From: Tubulanus polymorphus
Taxonomy: Eukaryota; Animalia; Nemertea
Reading direction: 5' to 3'
Assembly: GCF_964204645.1 (NCBI RefSeq)
Contig: NC_134028.1
Span: forward strand, 7,998,001 to 8,062,000
DNA length: 64,000 nt
Below the pieces are notes generated by a model. It had not been told where the DNA came from and did not search any database. It was given only the letters and a program-made list of their open reading frames with translations. The translations under genes were made by a program, and so were the position numbers. Below, one piece after another: positions 47,468 to 59,602 of the stretch. Positions within the stretch are counted from its first letter, which is position 1. Every line of letters starts with the position of its first letter.

Positions 47468-50400
47468 ATGGCGATGTTGTTAGGCGCAGTATTCCTGTTC
47501 GTGAGTTTTGTGTGGATTGATGGAGCGCCGAATCACGAGAGTAAGTCAATGACTATAAGATGAAGCACACTAAATCTTGTTCGATGTTCCGACTGAGCCT
47601 GATGTTCAGATTATTCGCTGATTTTAATTGCATATATTGATTTGATATGAAATTAGCGATGTGAATTTTTTTCTGGTTCATTTACGTAATTTGCGTGACG
47701 TGCAATATTCAATATTCGCCTTCAGTACAATCATGGTACAATCATTCATTCATTTGGCTAAAAATCACAGTCTACCCCTGTTTCGCTCCCGGCAGGTTTG
47801 GCGGGTTTGTAAGGGACGCCAAATCAAGACAAATCAGACGAAATCTACCAATCAAATAAATAACACGGTCAATCACTATTCTAAGATTCAAAAAATCGCA
47901 TTCTTACTATTTTCTACGGGAGAGTGTTCCTTGCGATTGTTACTGGAAAATCTCAAATAATACCATCTTCAAGGAAATGGTAAAAATTACTTCTTTTACA
48001 GTCGGAGATGTAGAAATAACCATAGACGGCGGTAACGCTACTAACGGGGGTCGCTTGTTGGTTCGCAGACCAGGGGGTCTTTGGGGAACCGTTTGTAACT
48101 TCGCATGGCAGTTAGACGACACAAGAGCTGCCTGTAGGCAACTTGGTTTTGAAGGCGGCGAGGTCAGTAAGCAGCATGCGCTTTCTCAAGTTCACAAGTT
48201 GAATAACTAAAACTCATGAGATTTACATGCGTTTTTTCGATATATATAAATGTTTGATCATTTCAGTACTTCACAGGACTCAACACAGTGCATAAATCAG
48301 TGCCGATACATCTTGACACGGTTTATTGTTTACAAAATGATCGTAATATTACAAGGTGTTTGGCTCACCCATGGGGCCAACATCCAAACTGTGGTGACCA
48401 TTGGAGTGATGTGCACATCAGATGCTATTGTAAGCATGGTACTAAACACTAATGAAGAAATTCGGCTTGGTTCCTTCATAGAAATCACAGTTTAAAACGT
48501 GTCTTTTTAGCATTGAACGTCACATTACATTATGGTTTGGTTTTGGTATCTCAAGTCGGTAAAAACAACTGGGGCACTGTGTGTTACCGTCCTTCCTCGT
48601 ACAACGGTGACATTATCGCGAACGCCGCTTGTCGGCAGGCAGGGTTTGAAACTGGACAGGTTTGTAGGACCACGGGACCCGTTTCACACAGAACGCCAAA
48701 ACTCCATAATGAAAGGTGTTTCGGAGTTTCGAAATCTGAAAAATGTCATTGAAGAGATTTCAAACAAAATGTGTTCTATGTCGCTTTTAGATTGATCACG
48801 TGAGCAGAAATACGCAGTATGGCGCGGCAATATACATAGAGGCCTGCCGGGGACGCGAGACTAATTTATTGTCGTGTTCTCATTCGAGCTGGAACAGGCG
48901 AAATCTTACCTGTGACTCCGATACTTCACTGTTATTTGTTCATTGCCACAATGGAAGTAGGTTTATAGCATATTTTTCACATTTTATAGCTCTTTCACAA
49001 TTCGATCGGGGGTTCATTTCAAGTCACTTTTTTTTAAATTGAGCTTTCTAAACTGTTAATAGATAAAGATAGTTTGTAATTGATGGGCTGGGGCAAAAAA
49101 CAGGCTGATTTTTCAGCGTACGTCTATGGGGGCTGATTAGGGACATCGTGCATTATTTATTACCGATTCGTGACCAAAAAAGCATCCTCAAAATACGATT
49201 GTTTTACGCCACTTAAAAGCTATCCAAAAAAAATTTTCATTCATTTTACGTGTGATCTACTGATTCTATGACATTGTTGACAAATATCCCATTGTTTTTA
49301 CGTCACGTAAATACTACGTAAAAACGTTGGAGAGGTTATTCTTGTTTATTGTTTTTGGCTGATAAGAACTCTAGTTTTTTGTAGCCAATCCATGGCTAAT
49401 AATTGCATCCTCAAAATACCGTGTATAAACTTCGTGAAATAATCCCATCGTTTATGTAGATTTTACGGGACACGTAGTAAACGACCAAAGAATACGAAAA
49501 TGGACAAAATGATCTTGTATTGAAATGAATTGTAGTTGATTCCAAAATTTCGATGTATCAAATTAGGCAGCCAAACAAGTTAACCCCAATCAGTCGCTTG
49601 CTGGTTAAGACTGCTTCGAAGATTGTTTTACGTACCGGAACCGAAATTTCCAATTATTCATTTCGATTTAAACGAAGAATTCTGTAATTTCGACTGCCAA
49701 TCACATAACTATTGTACTTGAATTTCTCATATAAAAATCGAACTCCCTGTTTCGCTCCCGGCGGGTGTGGTGGGTTTGTAAAGGACACCAAATCAAAACA
49801 AATCATTAAATGAAATCTACAAATTAAATGAATAGCAGGGTCAATCCCTTTTAACATGAAATTAAGAAAAACTGTAAGATAGTTTTTATGTGGCGAGTCG
49901 ATAAGATGCACGATATCCGTGTATGATGAATAAACGCGAGAAATCCGACAATGATTAAGCCGAAAATGCAAAGTTCTTGAATAAATATATTTATTTATAT
50001 ATATATCATTGTCGGATTTCTCGAGTATTTTTATGTGGCGTAAAAACTACGTACGTATACATTCAATAAACAACGTGTAAGTTCCATGATAGATTTTGTT
50101 TCATTGTTTTTCGCAGTTTATACGCAGCGTAAAAACTAGTAAAATCGCTACATTTTCTTATCACAATCCACTGGAGAAAAAGTAATGCACAATGTCCCCA
50201 ATCGGCCATATATGGCGGTGTCAAATGAATATCAAACATGGTATTTTGCCGGCCCAGTTTGGCAGAACCTTAAACATAGTTTTGACATTGAAAAACCAAA
50301 TCAATCTGGATCAGTATTCAAGAAGTGATAACAAATTGTTCATTCATAACAGGCAATCCGAAAGCAAGTTCACAGCACGTTTTCGGCGCACTCACCTTTG

Positions 50401-52790
50401 GGGGGGGATTGATCTGCGATAACGTTTTCGATCACAATGCTGCATTAGCGGCCTGCAGAGACATGGGCTTCGATAATGGAAAATCAATTTGCTGTTCGTT
50501 TTTCTCGCCCGGCCGCAACATGTCGTACGCGGTCAGTCAACTGAAATGCACCGGCCACGAGGACAGGCTCGTTGAATGTAATATGAAATACGGACGGACC
50601 TGCGCCACCAAAAACTACGCTTCAGTCATCTGTGCCAGTCGCCCTATTGATCAAGGTAAACATAACTAAATTTACACGCATTTATCTAAATTTTCTGTTT
50701 ATCATTTCTTTTTATCAAGCGTGTCAAATTATCCGTAACAAAATAGTGGACGACTATTTGAGAATTTAAAATAGTGACATACATGTAGGTTCTTCGCGCT
50801 ATTTCAAATGAATATTTATGTGAATTCAAGTTCTAGAATTTCGTGTGCCAAACACAACATACGGACGCGATGGGGTGCTCACTTCGAACATTCACGATAG
50901 ATTACGAAATATGCTCGTCTGTGCCGATTCGTGGACCGATAGAGACGCCGCAGTACTGTGCAGGGCCATCGCGCCCGGAACGTCAGGCATCGCGTACAGA
51001 TCGCCATACAGACATCGGTGGCTGGTGGCTTTATTTGGCAATTTCAAGTGTTCCGGTGTTGAAAGTCGACTTCAAGATTGCCCGGGCATCCGAGACGCGA
51101 ATTCCTACGGATCGAGATGTGACGATATATTCGGAGCGGCCGCTTTCTGTTATTACCCGGTGAAACGAGCACCTGCCTGTAAGTTTCTTGCAAAAAGGAA
51201 ATCTGAAAAAAATAATGGGATTTGTTTCCATCTCTTTCTCAAGCTCATTTGCTATCTTTATTTTTCTACAGTTGGTCTTTGTTACGTTTATTCTCATTGT
51301 TTCTACAGTTGTTTTCAGCATGGCGAACGCACGAAACTCACAAGGCGCGGTTAGCGGTATTCCTCAGATTTCGTTCACTTCAAAAAACTTCAACGTCACA
51401 AATCGATACATATGCAATCCTTTAGTCAATTGGGGTGACCGTGAGGCGACAGTATTTTGCCGAGGGCTTAACTACGACTATGGTAAAGGAAGTTTTACAT
51501 ACTTGCCCTGGCTAACGAAGTTTCCCAGAAAATATTTGCTGTTAGAAGTGCGGTGTAACGGAAAAGAGAAGTCGATTATTCATTGTTCACGTCACGGACT
51601 GCTGCATGGCGCACAACGATGTCCGGTTTGGTCAGAAAAACTACAGAATGGGAAGAGAATCTATAAATTCAGGACGGCCTACGTGACGTGCTATCCAAAG
51701 TGTAAGTATAAGAGGAAAATCTTCCGAAACGTACCTAATTCCGGGGACAGTATCTCTACGGCTCAATCCTAAGCATCCTTTGTGGATAAGCGAGTTATGT
51801 TGATTTTCTAACTCGGACTCCCTGCATAAATCTAGAAACTTAATATGTATCTTTTTAATAAACTAAACATGTTTATGACACATTCTCAAAGAAAATACAT
51901 GTACCTACTCAGATGACAAACTGTTGTAAAAAAGTGACCACCAAGTCGATGTTCGCTGAAGTAAAACGTACTCTGTCTCCAGTTGGTGACAAGAATGGAC
52001 AAAGTATATAACACGTTCAAATTATGAATGCATAAAGATACACGAAAGTAATAATCTTGAAATTGATAAAAATTATACGATGATAAATCATATCTGGGAC
52101 CCTAATGGCCGAAGTGAATATAGTAGCCCCCATTTTTTACTCGGGTATACGCAGGATTACCTTACTCCTGAGCGTGGCAAGGCAAGTACGATACTGGTAC
52201 CCAAAAATGAGTATCCCCCTCGATAAACGTGACGAGCACTATATAATTCACATTAATTCGCCTTGGCTTAACCATGGACGTATAAACTAGTTTATACGTC
52301 CATGGCTTAACAGAGGTCAAAATTCCTCATCCCGGGAAAAATTACGAGTTCATAGTCTCTCAGCTCAATTCATCTCGCACTGGCCCCTTACCCCAGCATT
52401 ATTGTGTCTTCTTCTGTATTATTTCTTATTTTCTTATTTTCTCACATCGTATTATAGATCTTTGTTACCATCCATTTACAGACGTCTTTTGGGAACTACG
52501 TAAAAACACTAGTCTTCTTGAATCTTATTCTATCTGCAGCCACCACAAAGTCATCAAATGAATCGACTACCATTACAACAATGAAGATGCCGTCTGCTAT
52601 CAAAACTGGTGGTGGTCTAACTAATGGAGCAGTTGCCGCAATAGTAGTTACGGTCTTGGCTGTGATCATAATAGCGGTTTTGGGCGCAGGATATGTTCTC
52701 TATAAACATCGTTTATCGTCTCTGGGAGCGCCAAACGATATTGACCTCAGTGCTGGAGTTACCAACCCGACATACGCGAAAGGCAACTAA
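47468..52790 (+). CDS. SRCR-domain type-I membrane receptor B, paralog of A with a short tail
   Basis: Exons about 47468-47540 (MAMLLGAVFLFVSFVWIDG), 48002-48162 (GGRLLVRRPGGLWGTVC..ACRQLG), 48276-48429 (IHLDTVYC..HPWG), 48511-48659, 48793-48950, 50353-50655 ([24 protein letters not shown]), 50831-51178, 51319-51701, 52540-52790 (TM AVAAIVVTVLAVIIIAVLGAGYVLY, tail ending NPTYAKGN). Confidence 0.9.
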
Positions 52791-53335
52791 GGTGCCGTGA
52801 CAAACGCAAACCCTGACAAACGAGGATGCTGAGATTATGAATTAAAGCTACTTTTCACATGTTGTTTATGTGTTTATATAATCTACAAACTTTTTCTTAA
52901 AACAGTAGTAGGGCTCTCCTAATGCCTGATAACACTAGACTCTACTAACAACCCTCTCAAGATCTTACAAACTTATTAGATCTTACGTATCTCTAATAAC
53001 TACCGGTGTAGACTGCAGGCCCACCAGTTCGCACCAACACTATACGAGACTGGCAGTAGGCTACACCAGATATTGATTCAAACAATCATACATTTTGGAA
53101 TGTGCTTTGCCTGATCAGCATTTTAACAAAGTTAGTTTCTTGAATTTCTTGAATCGCCCGATCGATTAATATCTTTTCAGGCGGTTGTACGGTGATACTG
53201 AGGTTAAAATTGTATGTCAACTTGTATGAGCCTTGGTTGATACGGTTAGAACTTTTTAACCGGCCATCGTAATTTTTCTATCTTAATATAGCGATGTCCC
53301 TCTTGTTTATTTGATTGTATAGACTTGGATTGATT

Positions 53336-53687
53336 TACTTTGATGTCCCTACAGCCCACCACACCTGCCATGAGCGAAAAATGGGGTTTGATTGAAAATC
53401 GAAGTACAGATAGTTGTGTGATCGGTGGTCAAATTTACATAATTTATTGGTAGAATTTTACATAATTCTATATATTCTATATATATAATTCTATATACAT
53501 AATTCTAATATATATATATATACTTTGATGTCCCTACAGCCCACCACACCTGCCATGAGCGAAAAATGGGGTTTGATTGAAAATCGAAGTACAGATAGTT
53601 GTGTGATCGGTGGTCGAATTTACATAATTTATTGGTAGAATTTTACATAATTCTATATATTCTATATATATAATTCTATATACATAA

Positions 53688-53747
<60 letters not shown>

Positions 53748-53748
53748 C
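53336..53748. repeat. 185-bp near-perfect tandem duplication ending in a (TA)n microsatellite
   Basis: 53336-53520 repeats at 53521-53705 with one visible mismatch (ggtcaaat/ggtcgaat). Confidence 0.92.
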
Positions 53749-53859
53749 ATTCCGATTTATATTGTATACCCTATAACTTTGATCAAAAAGAATAATTGAA
53801 TTGAAGTTTTATATGAATTTTTCTTTTTACAAAATAAATTTCAAAAGAAAAGTTTTCTC

Positions 53860-54095
53860 CTGGATTGGTCAATCTTAAGAGTTATATATGGAAGCCTTGA
53901 CTCGCACGGGAAGACCGATTAGAAAGTCCGGACCAGTTGTTTACTCGTGCGTTTTAGAAATACCGACCTCATTGAGGTCATAAGGGTCATCAGCTCGGAT
54001 ATCGGCCAATGAGAAAAACACCCGCGAAAAAAAGGAACCAATCGGATCGTTTTAGGAAGGCGTGGTTGACCGTGTTTTTTTTTGCGCGCGATAAC
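53860..54095 (+). promoter_or_regulatory. TATA-poor promoter with CCAAT boxes and E2F-like sites
   Basis: ATTGG/CCAAT at about 53864, 54007 and 54038; cccgcgaaaa at 54021; ttttgcgcgcg at about 54080; immediately upstream of ATG 54120. Confidence 0.55.
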
Positions 54096-54119
54096 GCTAG
54101 GGGTGTGTGGAGCTGTAAG

Positions 54120-57100
54120 ATGGCTGACTACGATGTAAACAATCGTTGTTCGGCTAATAATTCAGGTAAATTAAGTGACAGAAAATAATATTTCACAGTT
54201 TTGTCGAAAGGAGACTATTTGAACTAATCCGATGAATTAATGCTGCATATTTTATTCAATTTCATCGGACTTTTGATGAGTAAGCTTTAATCAACGTCGA
54301 TATGTCTCCAATCCTCTAATCCATCGGCATTCACTCTCCCCCGCCCCTCCTAGTCTGAATACCAGTCGTTGTTACGGTTCCGTACAACCAGGAACAACGG
54401 CTAGGTACTAGACTACCCCGCCCCAGGCACTCGGCACTCCAACCCACCGACCACGGCCACATCGCCGGTTAGTAGCCCAGAGCTAGTAGCCACTCCATAA
54501 TTGCTCGGACTCTCCTGTCCACTACACTCCTACTGAGTGTAACTGCCTGGCACGATGTACAAAGATAGCGTCGTAGGTGGGGTGTTGTTAATTAGTCTGA
54601 ATACCAGTCGTTGTTACGGTTCCGTACAGGAACAACGGCTAGGTACTAGACTAGGGTGTTGTATGCCCCCTCCCAATGATGTCAGTCTCTACAAGTACAT
54701 TATCAACCTTTTTAAATCGCCTTCCCGGATCTCCACTGAAGAAATGAGACTTTGCCCCCTGTCTGTCATTTAGTTTCATGATTGGATATTTTCATCATTT
54801 GATTATGTGTTTACCAGCTATAATAACAGTGTCTGATCTAAGGAATGAAAGCCACTTGCCCGGGGGGTAAGCATATCTGAAATTTCGCTTGCCCCCTCCA
54901 AAAGCTACTTGCCCTACACAGGCAGTCCGATTTGTGGCACAATTCACCGTTGTATCCACTGGTTAAAAAAGCTTTGTGTCATTGAATTGCACTAGCCCGG
55001 GGGGGACAAATGATAATGATAACCTACTTGCCCTGATGAGAAAATGCTTTTCCCGGGCAATCGGACAAGTGCTTGGATCAGACCCTGTAATAAATTAACT
55101 AACTACACCCATCTAGGCCTATATAAATGCCAAAATGATTTGCCTTATTATTTTTGCTCATAATACAGTAATAAGACATTCCTCGAGAACTACGTCAAAA
55201 TGGTTTTGTCTAAATTGGAACTTGTCCCAGTTATCCAAAACAGGTGGCTATCGTCAAATTATTGATGAAGATGATTTAGGCCGAAATTTCAACATATTTG
55301 ACATTTTATTGTGAAATACTTTCAGTTATCAGGAAACCTCCATACATGAGAAGATTGTCGCAAGATGATGGGATCAAGAATAACAAAATTTTGCCTGGTC
55401 ATAGAAAAGATTGTGATAGCTCAGATGGAAAAAGAGAAGGAATATGGTCTGTTACTTCATCGTACGTCGATGAAAAAAATCATAGAATGTCGAGAACTTT
55501 CAATCACAATCATCACGACTCTTCCGCAGGTCCACGTGTGGCCAACACATTATCCGTAAAAGACCTCACCGAGAATCTCATTCAGTTGCTAGAAATTGAC
55601 AGTGCTCTTCATAAGACGGATCATTGCATGCTTTCAGCCTTAGTTGATGGGAATAAAATATTTGAAAAAGTTAAATTCGTAAGCGCCGCGAGGAAATCTC
55701 CTGGTGATAACAAGAAAACCGGACACTGCGAAGATAGCTCGAAAAACGATGCATTGCAGCCATGCGTTTTTGGATTCAAGTCTCAAAAATGTATTTCTGG
55801 TAACGAAGCGACAATCTTGGAGCAGAAGCCATCTGAATTTCAACTCGATGAAAGTGATTTGATAGTACATGGAGATCGTAAATCGGTGGATCAAGTAAAA
55901 AAAGATTTTGGGTGAGTTTTTGTGAGAAATACTTGAATTTCTTAAAGAATTTCGGTGGTCTCGGCGGTCCAGACCCCTGCCTTCCCGTTGCCATTTTCGT
56001 CAAATCAAAGATCGTGAAAATCACCTAATTTGAACCTCATGATCCTTTAAGAAATTTCATATTTCGACACGCATTTCTTCAAAAATATCTGGTAACTACG
56101 ATGGGAACCTGCAACCGGTAGCCTATGAAAAAAATTAATGGCTGCTTTATCCGTGAGATACCTCTTATTTTCTCCTGGACCCTGGCCGGCCATCCAAATA
56201 TCCTAGATCCGCCTCTGTGTTGTTTTGATAAGATCACTATAATAAAAGATGGTGGTTTAACGTGGTTAGATTATGTCATTACAGAATTATTCCGTCCACT
56301 TTGCGACCACTTTTGCCCTGGCTGTGTGAAGATGTACCGCGCGAATTGACGGGTTTTGATTCGACGAATTGTTTATCATTTTTACCCTCACTTCTCGGTC
56401 AGACCGAAGATCTGCCCTGTGTTCCAAATCTACTACAATCACCAAATGATCCTTTACCATGTTCTTATGTCATTCCTCCTGAACAACCGTGGGTAAGTAT
56501 ACAGAATTTTCCATTATCTTCAATGCAAGTCGCAACTTGTTTTGCTAGCGTTAATTTTCTGATCGTAATGTTTCTTTTTTTCAGAAACCAAAAAAGTATC
56601 GTTACTGTTGGGTAAGTTTAAGACATAAACAGCAGTTAAAACATTTTCAGAAGGCTGGAAATAGATATATTTATAAGTTTGAAAACCTGCTATATACAAA
56701 ATTCAAAAGAATAAAAGTGAACTTTTTTATTCATTAAAAATTGATATCAAAGGACACAACATTTCATACTCTCACTAGAGATCGTCATCAGGTGTATGAT
56801 GATCTTTGATTATGATACCACCTGATGATCAGATCCCTTGTGGGAGTTCGAAATGTTGTGTATTTTGATTTTGATGTATGATAAGTAAAATTCACTGGGT
56901 TTTAAATCTATTCTCGGCACAGAGTGTGGCTATTCTACTAGAAAGATTTATATATTAGGTTTCGATGATGTTTTGAATTATCGATCTTTTGCAGCCGAAG
57001 TCGAATTTTACTGAGTCTTTAGCGGCATCTAGTGCCAAAATCAAGCTCTACAACAAAGATGGTGACCTACTTTTTGAGTAAGTCATTCAATCGATCGCTT

Positions 57101-58095
57101 AAGTCAAAAATTGAAGCCTTCCCGTAGATTTGTAATCGAGTGCTATGATTTTCTCTCTAAAAATGGGATTGATTAAATGACTCAAGTTTTTCATAACTTA
57201 GGCAACAAAATAATGGCAGAACATGCGATGTAGTTCGCAAAGAGATCATAGAATTGGAGAAATTAATTCAGGGAATAGGAACTGACGGAAGTCCGTGTTT
57301 AGTCGTGCAATTTCAGGCCGATATAACAAAACTGAAATCGATGGTAGATGACACTAACACAATGCTTGAAGCTGAGTAAGTCGTACAGTTTCGAACATAG
57401 TTTCCATCTATCATCGTATTTTTGTCAAGAAATCTTCACCGCTTACTTTATATTTTCTTTCAATTTCAGTATTTTTCGAAGAAATCATAGATCAAGACTC
57501 GACAACCCAGAGGTGACCGAGGATCACGTAAGCAAAATTCACTTGTTACAATAATTTCAAAATCATTGATGCTTTTATTGAGCCACTAGCCACAGATACT
57601 GTTAACCCTTGAGGCTTCTTGGCTAAAAGATACCTTGTCTCTCCTAATCAAGCGGGTTATTTTGTGAACTGCGATAAAATTTGTAATCAGTTCATTTCTA
57701 TAGGCGCTAGGTCATTTATTGTTTGCTTAATCATGATTTTTACAAAAGTAATGTACAGCGTCAGGGTAGATAGGCGGATGGCCAGCCGGGTCAACTTTTA
57801 AGCTCAGTAGAAATGAAAAACAAGATATCAATTTTTTTAGCCTTAGACCAGTTTAAACTTGAACCCTAGGATCAGTTGTATTGCTAAATCGATGATTCCT
57901 AATCCTTCTGATAGCTGTTCTTTTTCTAAATGATTTCAGTTCGGATTACGACAGTTTTATGCCGATCACGAAAGTATCATTCGACAGATACGGATACAGC
58001 ACGCTATTTGTTGTCGTGAGTTGGCGTTACTGGAACAAGAACTCAACATCAATGAGAAACATTTCTCCGACACTTACATGCAATGTGATATTTGA
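54120..58095 (+). CDS. uncharacterised protein with a helical/coiled-coil C-terminus, about 8 exons
   Basis: Exons about 54120-54165, 55326-55911, 56286-56490, 56586-56611, 56995-57077, 57202-57375 (VRKEIIELEKLIQG..FQADITKLKSMVDD), 57470-57527, 57940-58095 (HAICCRELALLEQEL..CDI*). The last four join in frame. AATAAA at about 58693. No family recognised. Confidence 0.7.
54351..54655. repeat. two copies of a ~60-bp hairpin mini-MITE
   Basis: tagtctgaataccagtcgttgtt..aacaacggctaggtactagacta at 54351-54416 and 54593-54654. Confidence 0.8.
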
Positions 58096-59083
58096 TGCAA
58101 CAGTTTTTCCGCTCAACACCTACTGTCTTAATCAATTCATCTTCTAAAATCAGGAATGTCTTGAATCTTGCCCAATTGGGTCTTTAAAGTAAAAACTTTG
58201 TGGTCGATGAAGATAAGAGAGCAAAAATGGTAATCGTCCTTGCTCTGAAAATGGTTGAAAAAAGGGTTTAAAATTAGAGATTCAATTACCGGTAGATAAT
58301 ATACCCTGAGATTGAAGGGATACAATCAAGTGGTATGCTTCTTTATACAGAAATGTTTGAAATACAGATGTCACTTTAAATGCTATATTCATTCCATATC
58401 TCTATGTTCATGGCTGTGTAACAGTTCATTTTATTTTCCTTGTTATACAATGTATTGCTTTCGTGTTTTCTTTTAAGTTCACAATGTTATTGCGTGCTGC
58501 TTTTGTCGATACTGTGCTATATTTTTAGTCTTGTTTATTTCTGTAACAATTCAGGTTTTACAGGGTAGTAGCTGCATGATTTGAAAGCGCAGTTTAGGTG
58601 CTTTGATTTTTGGAAGTTCAAGACATGTATTGTCTAAATATTGAGCATTTACATTATACACGTAGTAATATATTTGTATAAGTTCACAAAAGAATAAAGT
58701 TTCAAATCATTATAAATCTGTACAGGTTTATTTCATGAGCTTCCTGGTTCAATGTCTGGTAATTTCACCCACTGATCAACACCGTGTTTGTCGTGTGATT
58801 TAACAATTTATTCTGATAGTTTCGAAGTTTTCACTACTTTGTCATCAGTACAGATACATGTGGTAACTCGTCAACTGTGGTTGTGCTTGCTCATTAAATC
58901 GCTGAATGCTGTCTACCACTCAGTTGCCCTATCCAACGCCCAGGACGTTGGAAAATTATCAGGTTTTTCGAAAATTTTAGTTTGAAAGCATTGAGTAAAG
59001 AGGGGTACACATGCCCCCCCCCCATTGTTAATCGAAAATCGCAGGACAGCTATATAGTTAGGGCCAAATTTGGTTTTCGTATC

Positions 59084-59198
59084 TAGTCGACTAGTGGTCG
59101 GAACTAATAACCGAATGCGCTTGATTTTCGAACTATTTCCGGAATATAGTACCGACTAACGGACATTCTGTTTCCTTTAGTTCGACTATAGTCGACTA
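59084..59198. repeat. palindromic MITE-like element upstream of SRSF2
   Basis: tagtcgactagtggtcggaacta ... tagttcgactatagtcgacta inverted arms. Confidence 0.65.
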
Positions 59199-59602
59199 AC
59201 TCAGATAACCGAAGGTGGCCAAGGTTGTGCCATTTGAGACCATCTCAGCTGAGCATGCTGAGTATTTGTTGAGACCAAAGCACTCTTTTGTTTGGGCTTG
59301 TGAGTAATTAGAATAATCCCTGCAAGGTTTGGGAGTCCTTAATTGAGTAGTTCTCATCGACAAGATACTAATGCAATTTATCTGAAACAATTCCCATTAA
59401 AAAGAACAAACGCTGCCGCCCGGCCCGCTATTGCACAGACCATTAGACCACCGAGCTCGCTTTTGCCTAACCGACCTACAGCGCCATCTACTCGGCCATT
59501 TTCTTTTCTATAACTACAGCGCCGCGTCACCGCACACACAAATACGCGTTCGTCGTCGAAATTCTTCAATTTATTTCAACTTTCTACGAATAATTCGCTA
59601 AG

